64,000 bases of DNA, taken from Felis catus. Its lineage: Eukaryota. The notes beneath the pieces are model-generated. The model did no database searches and was not told the DNA's origin. It saw nothing but the letters and a program-made list of their open reading frames with translations. Both the position numbers and the translations under genes were made by a program. The stretch spans positions 91,018,001 through 91,082,000 of the forward strand of contig NC_058368.1 in NCBI RefSeq assembly GCF_018350175.1, in the 5' to 3' direction. Position 1 is the stretch's first letter; each line of letters starts with the position of its first letter. Below are positions 13,272 through 26,860 of the stretch, in pieces.

Positions 13272-15985
13272 CGTCTGGGCTACGCCCTTCCTTTCCCGTC
13301 TCTCGTCACAGCCCGGGAATAGAACACTTCCGATTGCAGCGGGGCTTCCAGGCCCGCAGATACCTCTTGTGTAGCAGGACTTGGGAGCTGTTTACTTCTG
13401 TTGTCCCTGATGTGGTTCCACCTCCAAAAAATATATCTTAGGGCAATTGTACAGCTTCAATTAGACTATTCCTGTAAACCTGGAGCTACCACCCAGGCTG
13501 GGGGTGCAGAAATGCCCCTTCCACGGTGCAAACATCGTGACCACCACTCAGCTGCAATTCACTCTGTACAGCTGATGCCCGCGGCTCCCTCCGGGGGAGG
13601 ACCGTCACATCTGTGAGGTGCTGCGATCAGCCCTTTGCAGGGCTCACGCATGGTCCCCATCGCAGCACAGGTGGGAACGGGAGAGTTGTACAAACAGGTT
13701 TTCCTAGAGAAACCCGCGCAGAGACGAGTAGACAGCCGAGAGACAGGTGCCTCGAGGGCTGGCTGGAACGCAGGTGTGAGAATCTTTCTTAATGGAAACA
13801 GGCAACCCCCCCCCCCCCGCCCCCATCCTCTCTCTGGCACTTTGGAAGGAGATACAAATGGGAGAAATAGCTGTTTCCTCTCTTCGCTGGGAGGAGGGTC
13901 ACAGCTCATAGGCTGTGGTCTACAGCAAAGACAGGGCGGTTCCGTGATGCCTCCCAGAGTGAGGCCCATCAGAGGTCTGCGTGGATGTGGCTGGATGGCA
14001 GAGACAGGGGTTGCGTTGCGCAGGAGGAACCGTCAGAGCCCACGTGACCCACCTGGGCTGGCCCAGACACCTCTCCTGGGCCCTCTATTTGGATAACTCT
14101 GTCAGGAGTCCCTCAGCATGTGGGAGGAGCAGGTGGAGGAAAGGCTGAACCTAGGGGGTGCAGGGAGCAGGTGCTCATGGGAACTTGCTTCCAGGGTTTC
14201 TCCAGGAAAACCTGCTTCAGCTGATGTCCAGTCCTTTTGAGCTCCTCTGGCCTCACTCAGATTCCGGGCCAGCCTTTGTCAGGGGCGGGCAGAGCATTTG
14301 GACTGATCCCCTAGGGGCTGCACCCAGATAAGGGGGAGAGCTCCCCAAAGCCAAACTGCCGAACTCATACCAAGCAAGCAGGCTGGACAGGAGAAAACAG
14401 TCCCTTAACTGTGTCCCCAGGTACCGTGGACCCCGAGCTCGCAGACCTCTCCTCAAGCCTCCCCCGTGGGCCTCCTTGCCACTTCTACTGAAGCCAGAAG
14501 CCTCCTCCTCCCCCACCTGCCAGCCCCCACACCTCTCTTGCTCATCTCCTGCCACCCCGTGATTCTAACTCTGCTGATATGGCACCAGCTCCTGTTCCAC
14601 ATTGTCCCTCTCCCATGTCCCCTCCCTCCTCAGTGACCCAGAGGCCCTCTGCCTGCCATGGTGCACGGGTCGGTATCAGGTCACAGGCTGGCCCCTAGGT
14701 ACCCACACCCTCCTGAATGCTCCGGACCCAGTATGGATGAGAATCCCAGTCCTAGATTCTTTTGTCCCCATCTTAAATGGGCCAGAACCTTGAGAAAGTT
14801 GGGACGTGGGCAGAGAAATAAGATGTATAAGCAGGTCTGCATCTTGGGTGCCCAAATGCTGATGTCGCCCTTCTCCATCTCTGAGTCCCATCTGGGCTTC
14901 AGGCTCCCAGGGCCCAGTACACAGCCCCTGTTTTCTGAGATCCGCCTCCCCCAGGACCACTTTGTCCTGGTGCAGCCCTTCCCAGCCCTTCTCTCTGCCC
15001 CTCTCCTCGGGGAGTCTCCTCAGAACCCAAAAGCCGAGAGGTGGGGGGATCCCAGACAACCCCTGCTCTAGACCCTGCAGCACAAACCCCCACGGGCCTG
15101 GAGAACGCAGGTGGCAGGCTGCCTTCTTGAAATGGGCAAAGACAAGGCAAGAACAAAACGCAAATCAATATTTCAATAAATTATCCTGCCGCAGCAGCGA
15201 AATCACTCTGGCTGCCAGAGGGGCTGGGAGCCTGGGCTGAACTGTAGGAATTTCTGGGAGGAAGGAGGTGCTTGCCAGTGTCGGGTCCAGCCGAGAAGGA
15301 TGTGTTGGAAGGAGGCTGTCTGCATGAGGTCCTCTACTCCAGGGCTCTCAACCTGGTGACCTGGGGGATGTGTTTTGTTTGGGCCACATAATTTGTTATG
15401 TTAATTTGAGTCAACATTTACTATGAGCTAGGCTTACTTTATAAAATTCAGATTTAAAGATTGGCCCTGAGAAATCCAATGTGGCGGCTCCGGGCACGCA
15501 TTTCTGCTTGCCAATGGTAGCCGTGCGCTGAATGCCATCACCCTGTCCACCATACACAGCAAGGAGAGATCTCTACAGGGTCTCATGTGGGCAATTGAAC
15601 ACTCCAACCAGGAAGAGACACAGGTCACTTTTGCTCACAGCTCACTGGCCAGAGTGGGCTCCCCCTCCCACCCCCTGCTGCACCTTCCTCTGGGCTGGCC
15701 ATCTCTGTGCCTGTGTCCAGCAGGTCCTGGTCACCAGACCTGTCATTCCAGTCTGTGACTCTACTTCATCAGGACTCATTTTGTCTTGTTATAACGAGCA
15801 CACTCAGCTCCCAGGTGCTCTGTGCTCGGGGCTTGGGAATTGGTGTGCCATCTTGTAAGTCATTGACGTGGATAATGCATGAGAACCCTGCAGTGACCAG
15901 GAAGAAACAGACCACCTTCAGACATGTCTACTAAGGAATGCATAACTCTGCTTTACGGACAGATGGATCCTTGAAGAGAAGAAGC

Positions 15986-16114
15986 GGGGAGCTTGGGTGG
16001 CTCAGTCGGTTGAGCGTCTGACTCTTGATTTTTGGCTCAGGTTATGATCCCAAGGTTGTGGGATTGAGCCCCACACCGGGCTCCAATCTCAGCATGGAGC
16101 CTGCTTAAGACTAT

Positions 16115-16146
<32 letters not shown>

Positions 16147-16400
16147 GCCCCTCCAGACCACTTGTGTGCTCGCCCTCTCTCTCTCAAATAAAAAGGGGGG
16201 GGGGTGTCTGAGTGGCTCAGTCGATTAAGAGTCCAACTTTGTCTCAAGTCATGATCTCACAGTTTGCGGGCTTGAAACCTGCATCAGGCTGTCTGCTGTC
16301 AGCACAGAGGCTGCTTCAGATCCTCTGTCTCCCTCACTCTCTGCCTCTCCACCACTTACTCCCAATCTCTCTCTCAAAAATTAAAATAAACATTAAAAAG
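15986..16400 (+). mobile_element. Two head-to-tail CanSINEs (~15986-16194 and ~16199-16400)
   Basis: Two SINE heads, each with a pyrimidine tract and A-rich tail. Confidence 0.88.
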
Positions 16401-16609
16401 AGAGACAGAAGAAGAAGTACATGCTCAGGACTCTGCTTGGACAGAACTGTTCAGTGGTGGGAGTTCAAGGTGAGAGGAGCTTACACACTCACTTCCTGCT
16501 GTGAGGGTAGCAGAGAGAAAAGGGAAGCATGTTGCATGTAGGAGCCTTGCTTTGGGGACAGTATGTGTATATTTTGTTTGGGGAGGCAGTTTTGGGCAGA
16601 GGGTTGAAT

Positions 16610-16720
16610 ATAGGCCTTGGTCTTAGGCTTCCAAGCTGTGTGACTTAAGGCAAGTTACTTGACCTCTCTGAGCCTCAGCTTCCTGCCTCTCAGGGTGGTT
16701 GTGAGGACTGAACTAGAGAG
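16610..16720. mobile_element. MIR remnant
   Basis: gctgtgtgacttaaggcaagttacttgacctctctgagcctcag. Confidence 0.7.
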
Positions 16721-17167
16721 TGAATGCCAATGTCACGGTGCAGAGAGAGCTGCGAGGTTGCCAGTCCCTCAGCCAGCCTTGGCTCTCTGGTGTGCGCCAT
16801 GATACCAAATGGGGCATGGTTCTCCCGGTGGCTTCCTGTCTGTGGTTCCTGACGGAATGGTTGCTATGCCCCTGCTCTTTGTGTGGCTCCTTTGGTAGAT
16901 CTGCTGCAGTTTTTCTTCTCCACTGTATTTGTGTTGTTTTCTGTAATACCTTCAAACGGGGAAAGCATAGGGTTCCCTTCCCCTGCTCTGGGCTTACACA
17001 CCATATCAGGAGTTCTGTCTCCCCTGCCCTGGACCCTGCCAGCACTGTGAGCTCTTCAGCATGAGGTCCACATTGCCTTTGCCTCCTGCCCAGGGCTGCC
17101 ACAGAATAAGTGCCTGAGAAGCCCACAGGGACCTCTAGAAATGGCATAGACGGAATGGAATGTGTGA

Positions 17168-17731
<564 letters not shown>

Positions 17732-17876
17732 TAGTGACCTTCAGGCTCATCGAAAACCATCCTGGCCTCTGCCATTTCCCCCCAGGAAACTGCATCCCCG
17801 CAATGGGACAGCAAAAGTCAGAGGTGGTGAAATGGGCAGAGCCTGTGGTGGCAGTCCAAAGACCAGACAGGGTCTT

Positions 17877-18102
17877 GGGCGCCTGGGTGGCGCAGTCGGT
17901 TAAGCGTCCGACTTCAGCCAGGTCACGATCTCGCGGTCCGTGAGTTCGAGCCCCGCGTCAGGCTCTGGGCTGATGGCTCAGAGCCTGGAGCCTGTTTCCG
18001 ATTCTGTGTCTCCCTCTCTCTCTGCCCCTCCCCCGTTCATGCTCTGTCTCTCTCTGTCCCAAAAATAAATAAACGTTGAAAAAAATTAAAAAAAAAACAA
18101 AA
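17877..18102 (+). mobile_element. Young SINEC_Fc
   Basis: CpG-retaining, near-identical to copies at 28875 and 40256; TSD accagacagg(g/a)tc. Confidence 0.95.
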
Positions 18103-18219
18103 ACCAGACAGGATCCAAGGTGGGGTTCCAGAATTGTTTGCTTCCCCCCTTTAAAACAAAACAATTTTGAATAAGTTTTCCGCCTTTAGAAGTTAAGAGA
18201 TTTTACTTAAAAACTCAAA

Positions 18220-18607
18220 CTATATAAAAGTGACAGATCTAAAAGGAGAAATTGACAAGGCCTACAATTATAGTTGAAGATTTTAACATCTTCTTCTCAG
18301 TAAATGATAGAACAATAGGTAAGAACAGGGATAAGGATACAGAAGACTTGAATGAAGAAACTTGACCTGAGTAATTTCTAGAATACTACACCAAACAACA
18401 GGAATACACACTCTTGATGAGTGCAACATAAAACCATACCAAAGCAGGGACACATGGGTGGCTCACTTGGTTAAGTGTCCAACTTCAGCCCAGGTCATGA
18501 TCTCATGGTTTGTGAGTTCCAGCCCCGCGTCAGGCTCTGTGCTGACAGTTCAGAGCCTAGAGCTTGCTTCAGATTCTGTGTCTCCCTCTCTCTCTGCCCC
18601 TCTCCTG

Positions 18608-18639
<32 letters not shown>

Positions 18640-20820
18640 AATAAATAACCATTAAAAAAAAAGACATACCAAAGCAGACTATGCAGGGCCATAGGGAAAT
18701 CTCAACAAAATACAGAAGATCGAAATCATACAGAATACGTCCCCTGACCACACTGGAAAAGAGAGCTCGAAAAATTATGAGCGTTTTAAAACTAAACACT
18801 ATATGCTCATCAATAATCTGTGGTTCAAAAAAGAAGCAACAGCAGAAATTAGACTATATTTTTTAACAAAATGATATTGATAATACAATGTATGAAAAGT
18901 TGTGGATGTAGCTAACATGACTAAGTTGATATTTATAACCTTATTTACACATTCGTTAGAAAAAAGGGATGAAGGATCCAATCATGGAAATATCTATCTC
19001 AAGAAATTTGGAAAAAGAACAGCTAATTAAACTCAACAAAAATAGAAAGGAAGGAAATTATAAATGTAAGAGCAGGATTGTTGAAATGGAAAACACTAGT
19101 AGAGAAAAATCAACAAAACCAAAATTTGGTTGTTTGAAAAACATGGATTAGAATTGGGATGCCCCTGGCAATGCTAGTTTAAAAAAGAAAAGAAGAAAAT
19201 ACACATTTACTAAGATCAGGAATGTAAAAGGGACATCATTACAAATCTTACTTTAAAAAGATAATGAGATAATGAGGAGGTATTTTGAACATCATTGTGT
19301 TGATAAATTGGTTAATTTAGATGAAACTTACAAATTCTTTGACAAAACATAAAATCTGAGGGAAAAAAGGAAAATTTGAATAGTCTCATATCATCTAAAG
19401 ATATCTGAATTTATGATTAAAAGCCTTCCCTCAAAGTAAACTCCAGGACTCAATAGCTTCACCAGAGAATTCTTCCTAATTGTTAAGGAAGAATAATGTC
19501 AATCCTAACAGACCCTCACAGAATGAAATGAGTCTTGTCATCTAATTTTATGAGACCTGCTAATATTAGTACCAAAATCTAAGATGGACGTCAAAATTAT
19601 AGGCCAGTTTCTCCCATGAATATAGATACAAAATCCCAAACGAAATATTAGCAAACCAAATCCAGTACTACTTAAAAAAAGCACTATATGACAATGAATT
19701 TGGGCTGCTTCTGGGAATACATGGTTTAACGTATGAAAATCAATCATGGTAATTTGCCCCATTAATAGAATAAAGGAGAAAAACTTACAGAATCATCTCA
19801 ACTGGTCCAGAAAAAGTATTTGACAAAAATCAATATCCATTTGTGATCAATTGTCTTACTGAAATAGGAATGGAAGAAGATGTTCTTAATGTGACAAAGG
19901 ATACTTAGCAGAAAAAAAGCTATAACAAACATCATATGGTGAAATGTTGAAAAGATTTCCTCTAGACCTGAGAATCAGTCCAGAATATTTGCTATCACCA
20001 CTTCTATTCAACATTGTAGTAGAAGTCCCAGCCAGTGAAGTAAGGCAACAGAAAAATAAAAATATAAGGTCAGAAAGGAAGAAATCAAACTCTCATTTGA
20101 AGATGATATGCTAGTGTACATAGAAAACCCAAAAGAATCTACAAATAAATAATTAGCATTATTAAGTAATTTTCTGGATATAATATCAATATATATATAA
20201 ATCAACTGAATTGATATAACAGCAAAAAATGAAAATTCGAAAACTGTTACCACTTATAAAATAAATAACAAATAAAAAACAGCAAACACTTGGGAATAAG
20301 TTTAATAAAATACATCCAAGATCTGGACCAGAACACTGTAAAACACATGCACAGAAGCTATAAAGACTAAATCAATGAAGGGATGTGCCATGCTAATAGA
20401 TAGGCAGACTCTCTATCATAAAGAGATCAGTTTTCTCCATACTGACCTGCAAGAGAACATAAGTGCCCTCCAGAGCAAGTTTAGACCCAGCCGAATATTT
20501 TGAGGATATTGACAGGTTGATTCTAATGTTCACATAGAAATGCAATGGGCCAGGAGCAGTCAAGAACAACTGAAGAAGATGGGCAAAGTATTCAGTGCTC
20601 ACAAAAGTATAGTCGTTAAAGAGTATTTTGATGTGAGGGTTGACAAATGTATCTGTGGCAGAATAGAGTCCAGGATTGAACTTACAGATGGATGGATGCT
20701 GGATTCATTGTGAAGGTGGTCCCATGAAGCGGAGGGGAAAGATGATATTTTTAACAAATGGTGTCAGGTCAGTCAAATATCCAAATTGGGGGGGGGGGAA
20801 TACAGCTTAATACCTTCCTT
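18220..20820 (+). mobile_element. Old L1 ORF2 remnant (sense), continuing at ~23970-25330
   Basis: Degenerate EN/RT-region L1 sequence (e.g. atcatctcaactggtccagaaaaagtatttgacaaaa, ctatcaccacttctattcaacattgta). Confidence 0.8.
18447..18662 (+). mobile_element. CanSINE inside L1
   Basis: TSD cataccaaagca. Confidence 0.92.
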
Positions 20821-20825
20821 TAAAC

Positions 20826-20880
20826 ATTTTTTTTAAGTTTATTAATTTTTGAGAGAGAGAGAGAGCGTGATCAGGGGAGG

Positions 20881-20922
<42 letters not shown>

Positions 20923-21046
20923 CCAGCAGGCTCCAGGCTCTGAGCTGTCAGCACAGAGTCCGACGCAGGGCTCGAACTCACGAACTGTGGGTTCATGACC
21001 TGAGCCGAAGTTGGATGCTTAACCGACTGAGCCACCCAGGCACCCC
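20826..21046 (-). mobile_element. CanSINE
   Basis: Reverse-strand SINE with long (GA)n. Confidence 0.92.
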
Positions 21047-21447
21047 AGTGCCCTCCTTTTTAAATGTAATTTGTTTCATTGAGATATAATTGACATATAT
21101 CATTATATTAGTTTCCAGTATACAACATAATGATGGGATACATGTATAAATTGTGAAATGATCACCACCATAGTCTAGTTATCATCATCACACATTGTTA
21201 CAATATTTTTTCTTGTGATAAGAGATTTTAAGATATGTTCTTATAGCAACTTTCAAATATACAATACAGTATTATGAACTATAGTTCATGCTTCACATTA
21301 GATCCCCAGAACTTATTTATCTTCTAACCAGAGGTTTGTACCTTTTGACCCCCTTTACTCATTTTTTTAAAAATGAGCTCTAAGTATACTGTGGTGAGGA
21401 GGGGGAAATGACAGCAGATAACATTCTAGCAAAAAATTTGCATCGGT

Positions 21448-21660
21448 ATTTTTTAAAGTTTATTTATTTTTGAGAGAGAGCGTGTGCATGTGAGCAGGAG
21501 TGAGGGGCAGAGGGAGAGAGAGAAAGGGAGAGAATCCCAAGAAGCCTCCATGCTGTCAGAGCAAAGCCCAATGCAGGGCTTAATCCCACAACCGTGAGAT
21601 CATGACCTGAGCCGAGATCACGAGTTGGATGCTTAACCAACTGAGCCACCCAGGTGCCTC
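21448..21660 (-). mobile_element. CanSINE inside the antisense L1 (extra 3' cargo, see findings)
   Basis: SINE body; TSD ctt(t/c)actcatt at 21353-21363 and 21661-21671. Confidence 0.88.
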
Positions 21661-23014
21661 CTTCACTCATTCAAACCACCGCCCCCCCCCCGCCCCTGCC
21701 TCTGGCCACTACCAATCTGTTCTCTGTATCTATGAGGTTTTGCTTTTTTTTTTCCTTAAGATTCCACATAAAAGTGAAAGAACAGCGAATTTGTGTTTCT
21801 CTGACTAACCTATCTCAATGCCCTCCAGGTCCATCCATGTTGTGAATGGCAGAATTTCCCTTTTTATGGCTGAATAATGTTCCATTGTATGTATATACCA
21901 CATCTTCTTTATCCGTTCATCCATTGATGGACTGTTAATGGGTCAGTGAACATGGGGGTGTAGATATCTTCTTGAGTTAGTGTTTGTATTTCCTTCAGAT
22001 ATATAACCAGAAGTAGAATTGCTGGAACATAAGGTAGTTTTATGTTTAAATTCTGTGAGGAATCTACAAAGTATTTTACATAATGGCTGCACCAATTTAT
22101 ATTCCCACCAACAATGTGTGAAAGCTCCCTTTTCTCCACATCTTCACCAATCTTGTTATCTCTTAGTCTTTTTGATTCAAGCCATTCTAACAGATGAACA
22201 GGTGTGGAGTGATACCTTATTGTGTTTTTGACTTGCATTTCCCTAATGATGAGTGATGTTGAGCATCTTTTCATGTACCTGTTGGCCATCTGGATGTCTT
22301 CTTGGGAAACATGTTTATTCAGGTCCTCTGCCCATTTTTTAATTGGATTGTTTGTTTGTTTTTGCTATTGAGTTGTTTGTTTTCCTTATATATTTTGAAT
22401 ATTAACCCCTTATCAGACAGATGATTTGCAAATATTTTCTCCTATTTTGTAGGTTGCCTTTTTCATTTTGTTGATGGCTTCCTTTGCTGTGCAGAAGCTT
22501 TTTTACCTTGATATAGTCTCACATGTTTATTTTTGCTTTTGGCATCAAATCCAGGAAGAAATCATCACTAAGACAGGTGTCAGGAAGCTTACTGCCTATG
22601 TTTTCTTCTAGGAATTTTATGGTTTCAGGCCTTATGTTCAAATCTGTCACACTTTCAGTTGATTTTATATATGCTATAAGATAGTAGTCTAGTTTCATCC
22701 TTTTTCATGTGGTTGTCCAGTTTTCCCAACACCATTTATTGAAGAGACTGTCTTTCCTTACTGCATAGTCTTGGCTTTTCTGCTGTAAATTAAATGACCA
22801 TATATTTGTGTGTTTATTTCTGGGCTTTTATTCTATTCCATTCATCTATATGTTTGTTTTTATGCCAATACCATACTGTTTTTATTACTATAATTTGTAA
22901 TATAGTTTGGAATCAGGGAATGTGATACCTCTAGCTTTGTTCTTTCCCAAGATTGCTTTGGCTCTTTGGGGTCTTTTGTGGTTCCCATACAAATTTTAGA
23001 ATTGCTTTTTTGTA

Positions 23015-23212
23015 GGAGCACCTGGGTAGCTTAGTCAGTTAATCATCCAACTCTTGATTTTGGCTCAGGTCATGATCCTAGACTTGTGGGATCAAGCCCC
23101 ATGTTGGGCTCCACACTCAGTGTGGAGCCTGCTTGGGATTCTCTCTCTCTTTCTCCCTCTGCCCCTCTCCCCTACTCATGCTTTCTCTCCTTCTAAAACA
23201 AGTCTTTAAAAA
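23015..23212 (+). mobile_element. CanSINE inside the antisense L1
   Basis: SINE head; flanked by tagaattg on both sides. Confidence 0.88.
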
Positions 23213-23969
23213 GTAGAATTGTTTTTTTCTATTTCTGTGAAAAATGCCATTGGAATTTTGGTAGGGATTGTTTTGAAACTGTAGATAGCTTTTGGGAGCA
23301 TGGACATTTTAACAGTATTAACCCTCCTGATCCATGAACACAGAATATCTTTCCATTTATTTATATCATCTTCAATTTCTTTCATCTATGTCTTACAGTT
23401 TTCAGTGTACAGGTATTTTACTTCCTTGGTTAAATTTATCTCTAAGTATTTCATTCTTTTTAATTTAATTGTGAATGGGATAGTTTTCTTAATTTCTCTT
23501 TCTGATAGTTCGTCACTAGTGTATAGAAATGCAATCGATTTTTGGATATTGATTTTGTGTCCTGCAACTCTGCTCAATTTGTTCATTAGCTTTAACATTT
23601 TTTTGGTGGAGTCTTAAGAGTTTTCTGTGTATAATATCACACCATCTGCAAATAGAGACCGTTTCACTTCTTTCTTCCTATCTGGATGCCTTTTGTTTAT
23701 TTTTCTTGCCTAACTTTTCTGCTAGTACTTGTAATTCTGTGTTCACTAAAAGTGGTGAGAGTGGCCATCCTTGTCTTGTTCCTGATCTTAGAGGAAAAGA
23801 TCTCAGTTTTTCACTGGTGAGGATGATGTTAGCTGTGGGCTTGTCATATATGTGTTTTATTAATTTTGAGGTATGTTCCTTCTATGACCTCTGTATTGAG
23901 AGTTTTTATCACAAGTGGATCAGTGGAATTCTGTCAAATGCTTTTTATGCATCTACTGAAGTTCATCTA

Positions 23970-25330
23970 CTTTATAGACAAATATCATATTTGTGGATGT
24001 CTTAAATCTTAAGTAGGTTTTAGATCTAGATATGAAAGGTGAAATAATAAAACCTGTAGAAGATAATAGAGGAAACTATCTCCATATTTCTCAGAGTAAG
24101 AGAAGATTTCTTTAAAAAAGATGAAAAGCACTAACTGCAATGGAAAAGATAAATAACACTAAACATTACCATTAAAAACTTTGGTTCATTAAAGGCCCTG
24201 TCAATCCATTGGGGAAAATATTCATAATACATATATCTAACAAAGAACTTATATCTGAAATATATGAGCTCTGACAAATTGATAGTAATAATTAAACAGC
24301 CCAGGGTGCCTGGATGGCTCAGTCAGTTAAGCGTCTGACTTTGGCTCAGGTCATGATCTTGTGGTCCATGAGTTCAAGCCCCGCATCAGGCTCTGTGCTG
24401 ACAGCTCAGAGCCTGGAGCCTGCTTTGGATTCTGTGTCTCCCTCTCTCTCTGCCCTTCCCCAACTCACACTCTGTCTCAAAAATAAACATTAAAAAAATA
24501 AAAAATAATAATTAAACAGCCCAATAGAACAATGTGCAAGAGATTTTATCAGGCTTGTAAAAAACCTAAATTGATCAGTAAATATAGAAAAAGGTGCTCA
24601 ACTTAACTGACATTAGGGAAATGAGTTAAAACCACAGTGAGATATCAGGACACACCTAATCGAGTGGTTAAAATTTTAAAAATACTGAAAATGCCAAATC
24701 TCGGTGACAATGGGGATGTCATTCTCACTCTCTACTGATAGGAATATAAAATTCATACCAGTACTTTGGGAAACTGTCTGGCAGTGTCTGTGAAAGCCAG
24801 ACATGTGCCTACAGGATCGCTAGTCTCTTAGACACGCCTCTACCACATGCAGACACATGTGCAAGATTGTGCAGGAGTGTTCCTAACAGCCTTACTTCTA
24901 GTAACTCCTAAACAGAGAGAAACTTAAGTCCCTAAGCTGGAGAGTGGATAAAGGAAATGTGATCTATTCATACAGCCGGAGAACTGCAGCTATTTCTACA
25001 CACCGTGGATGAATCTCACGCATTGAACAGTGAAAGATGCCAGGCAGAGAAGAATATATACTGATGGTTCCTGCTTATTTCAAGTTTGGAAGTGGGCAAA
25101 GCTAATCTGTGGCATTAAAAGTCAGGAGAGGGAGGAGGAGAGAGGGTGTCGTGGTTGGAGGCAGCAAGAAGGGGTTTCTGCTGTGCTGATACAGTTGTAT
25201 TTCTGAACTGGGGAGGTGGCTACATGGGTGAGATCCCTTTGTGATGGTTCACTTGTTGTATCCTATGACTTGTGCATTTTTATGGATGCGTATCACATTT
25301 CAAAAGAAAAAGCTTTAAAAAAAACTGCAT
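23970..25330 (+). mobile_element. Continuation and 3' end of the old sense L1
   Basis: L1 3'-region motifs (aaaaccacagtgagatatca, gtggatgaatctca, aagctaatctgtgg) ending in an A-rich tail. Confidence 0.75.
24304..24505 (+). mobile_element. CanSINE
   Basis: 18-nt TSD taataattaaacagccca at 24286-24303 and 24506-24523. Confidence 0.93.
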
Positions 25331-25952
25331 AAAATACATATTCAGAGGAGTGGGCCCGGTTTACCCCATCCCCATTTTCTACAGATAGTCATTTTCCATT
25401 TGTTTTTGGTTGATCATTCTAGTTACCTAGTTTATTTCTATAATATACATGCTCATTATGTCCACCACTCCCTTCCATGAATTATTATGCTGAACTTCCC
25501 TGCATCTTCCTCCACTCTTATAACCTTTAGCTTCTCTCTCTGACCACTTGCCCATATTTGCACAACTAGGGAGACTTCCTGAGTAACCCTGATCAGAGCC
25601 CAAATCAGTGTCTGTCAACAAAACATCTCTGTGGCACCGCCCTTGCCCCCTTTGCCACACAGATGGGCACCACAGTGGGACTCAGCTGGGAACACAGAAT
25701 GTGTCTTCAGATCCTACTGAGCACAGAGTACGTCTCCTACTTGGTGTTGGTGCCTCTTCATTTTGAGGGGCTGCTAGCACCCTGCAAGCTAAGCCAGATG
25801 ACTTGGAGATGGTCTGCCAGCCCTTTTGTCCAGGGGAGAGCTCTAATGGGGAATGGAATTGTTCCACAGGGAGAGAAACCAACACAACTTCTATAGTAAG
25901 TGACCTCATCCTTTGTTTCAAAATGTGAAAGCATAGCTAAAGATGGCCAGAC

Positions 25953-26180
25953 TTTCTTTTTTTCTCTTTTTTTTCATGTTTATTTATGTTTTGAGAGCAA
26001 GAGAGATGAGCAGAGGACGGGCAGAGAGAGAGAGAGGGAAACAGAGAATCCGAAGCAGGCTCCAGCCTCTGAGCTGTCAGCACAGAGCCCAATGAAGGGC
26101 TTGAACTCAAAAACCACGAGACCATGACCTGAGACAAAATCAAGAGTCAGATACTTTATAAAATGAGCCATGCTGGTCCC
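25953..26180 (-). mobile_element. CanSINE
   Basis: Reverse-strand SINE body. Confidence 0.88.
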
Positions 26181-26219
26181 TCTCTCTCTCTCTCTCTTTT
26201 TTTTTTAACTTACACCATG

Positions 26220-26860
26220 AAAAATTTGCACCAAGTTGCAAAACAAAATTGGAGAACTGACTCTAGAGGAAACAGATATCATTTAGAGACTGGAGAAGAA
26301 CTTTAAAAAAGAAGTTGCTCGCAGAATGTTTGAGAGAATATATCCGTAAACCAAGTGCAGGTTACTAGGAAGAATAGAGAACAACAAAGAGTTTTTATGA
26401 AACAAAAGATATGATGGGTGAAAGAGACAAGTCAAAAGCTGAAACAAGAAGTCAAAGGCATCCAGAAAGATTAAAATAGGAGAGTAAAGACAGGCTCAAT
26501 CCAGGAGGTAAAATATCTATCTAATAAGGTTTTCAGAAAGAAAGAACAACAGCAAAATAAAATAAGAAGGAAGGGCATAAAGAAAAACATAAAAGTCACG
26601 TTTGCAAATCTTCAGATCGTAAAGAGCCATGTAACATGCCAGATAGTGTGAATGTGAAATACTTGCATGGAGGTACATATGCACATGCAAGCTTTGCATA
26701 CAACAAAGAGAGGATCTCAAAGTTTGGCTCTGGGACACTGATGCCAGAACAATCAACTCAAAACCTGCAGAGCAAAAAAATACTTTAAGATACAGACTTT
26801 CTTGTTTATTACAAGGGAAAAAAAGACAGTGGTTCGATTCTGATGCTTTTCCAGACAAGT
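26220..26860 (+). mobile_element. Old L1 ORF1-region remnant
   Basis: A-rich degenerate L1 ORF1-like sequence (atctaataaggttttcagaaag, gatgccagaacaatc). Confidence 0.5.

Larger units (their letters stand above)
21055..23960 (-). mobile_element. 5'-truncated L1 (3' UTR and ORF2 C-terminal part), antisense, inserted into the older sense L1
   Basis: Minus-strand ORF fragments [19 protein letters not shown] (21909-22289) and KVAGHKIN-like [17 protein letters not shown] (23386-23598) are L1 ORF2p. Confidence 0.9.

Noticed and set aside
18064..18073. AATAAA in sense SINE tails downstream of exons 6 and 7 as premature poly(A) sites
   Set aside because: A generic feature of all CanSINE tails with no locus-specific support from sequence alone.
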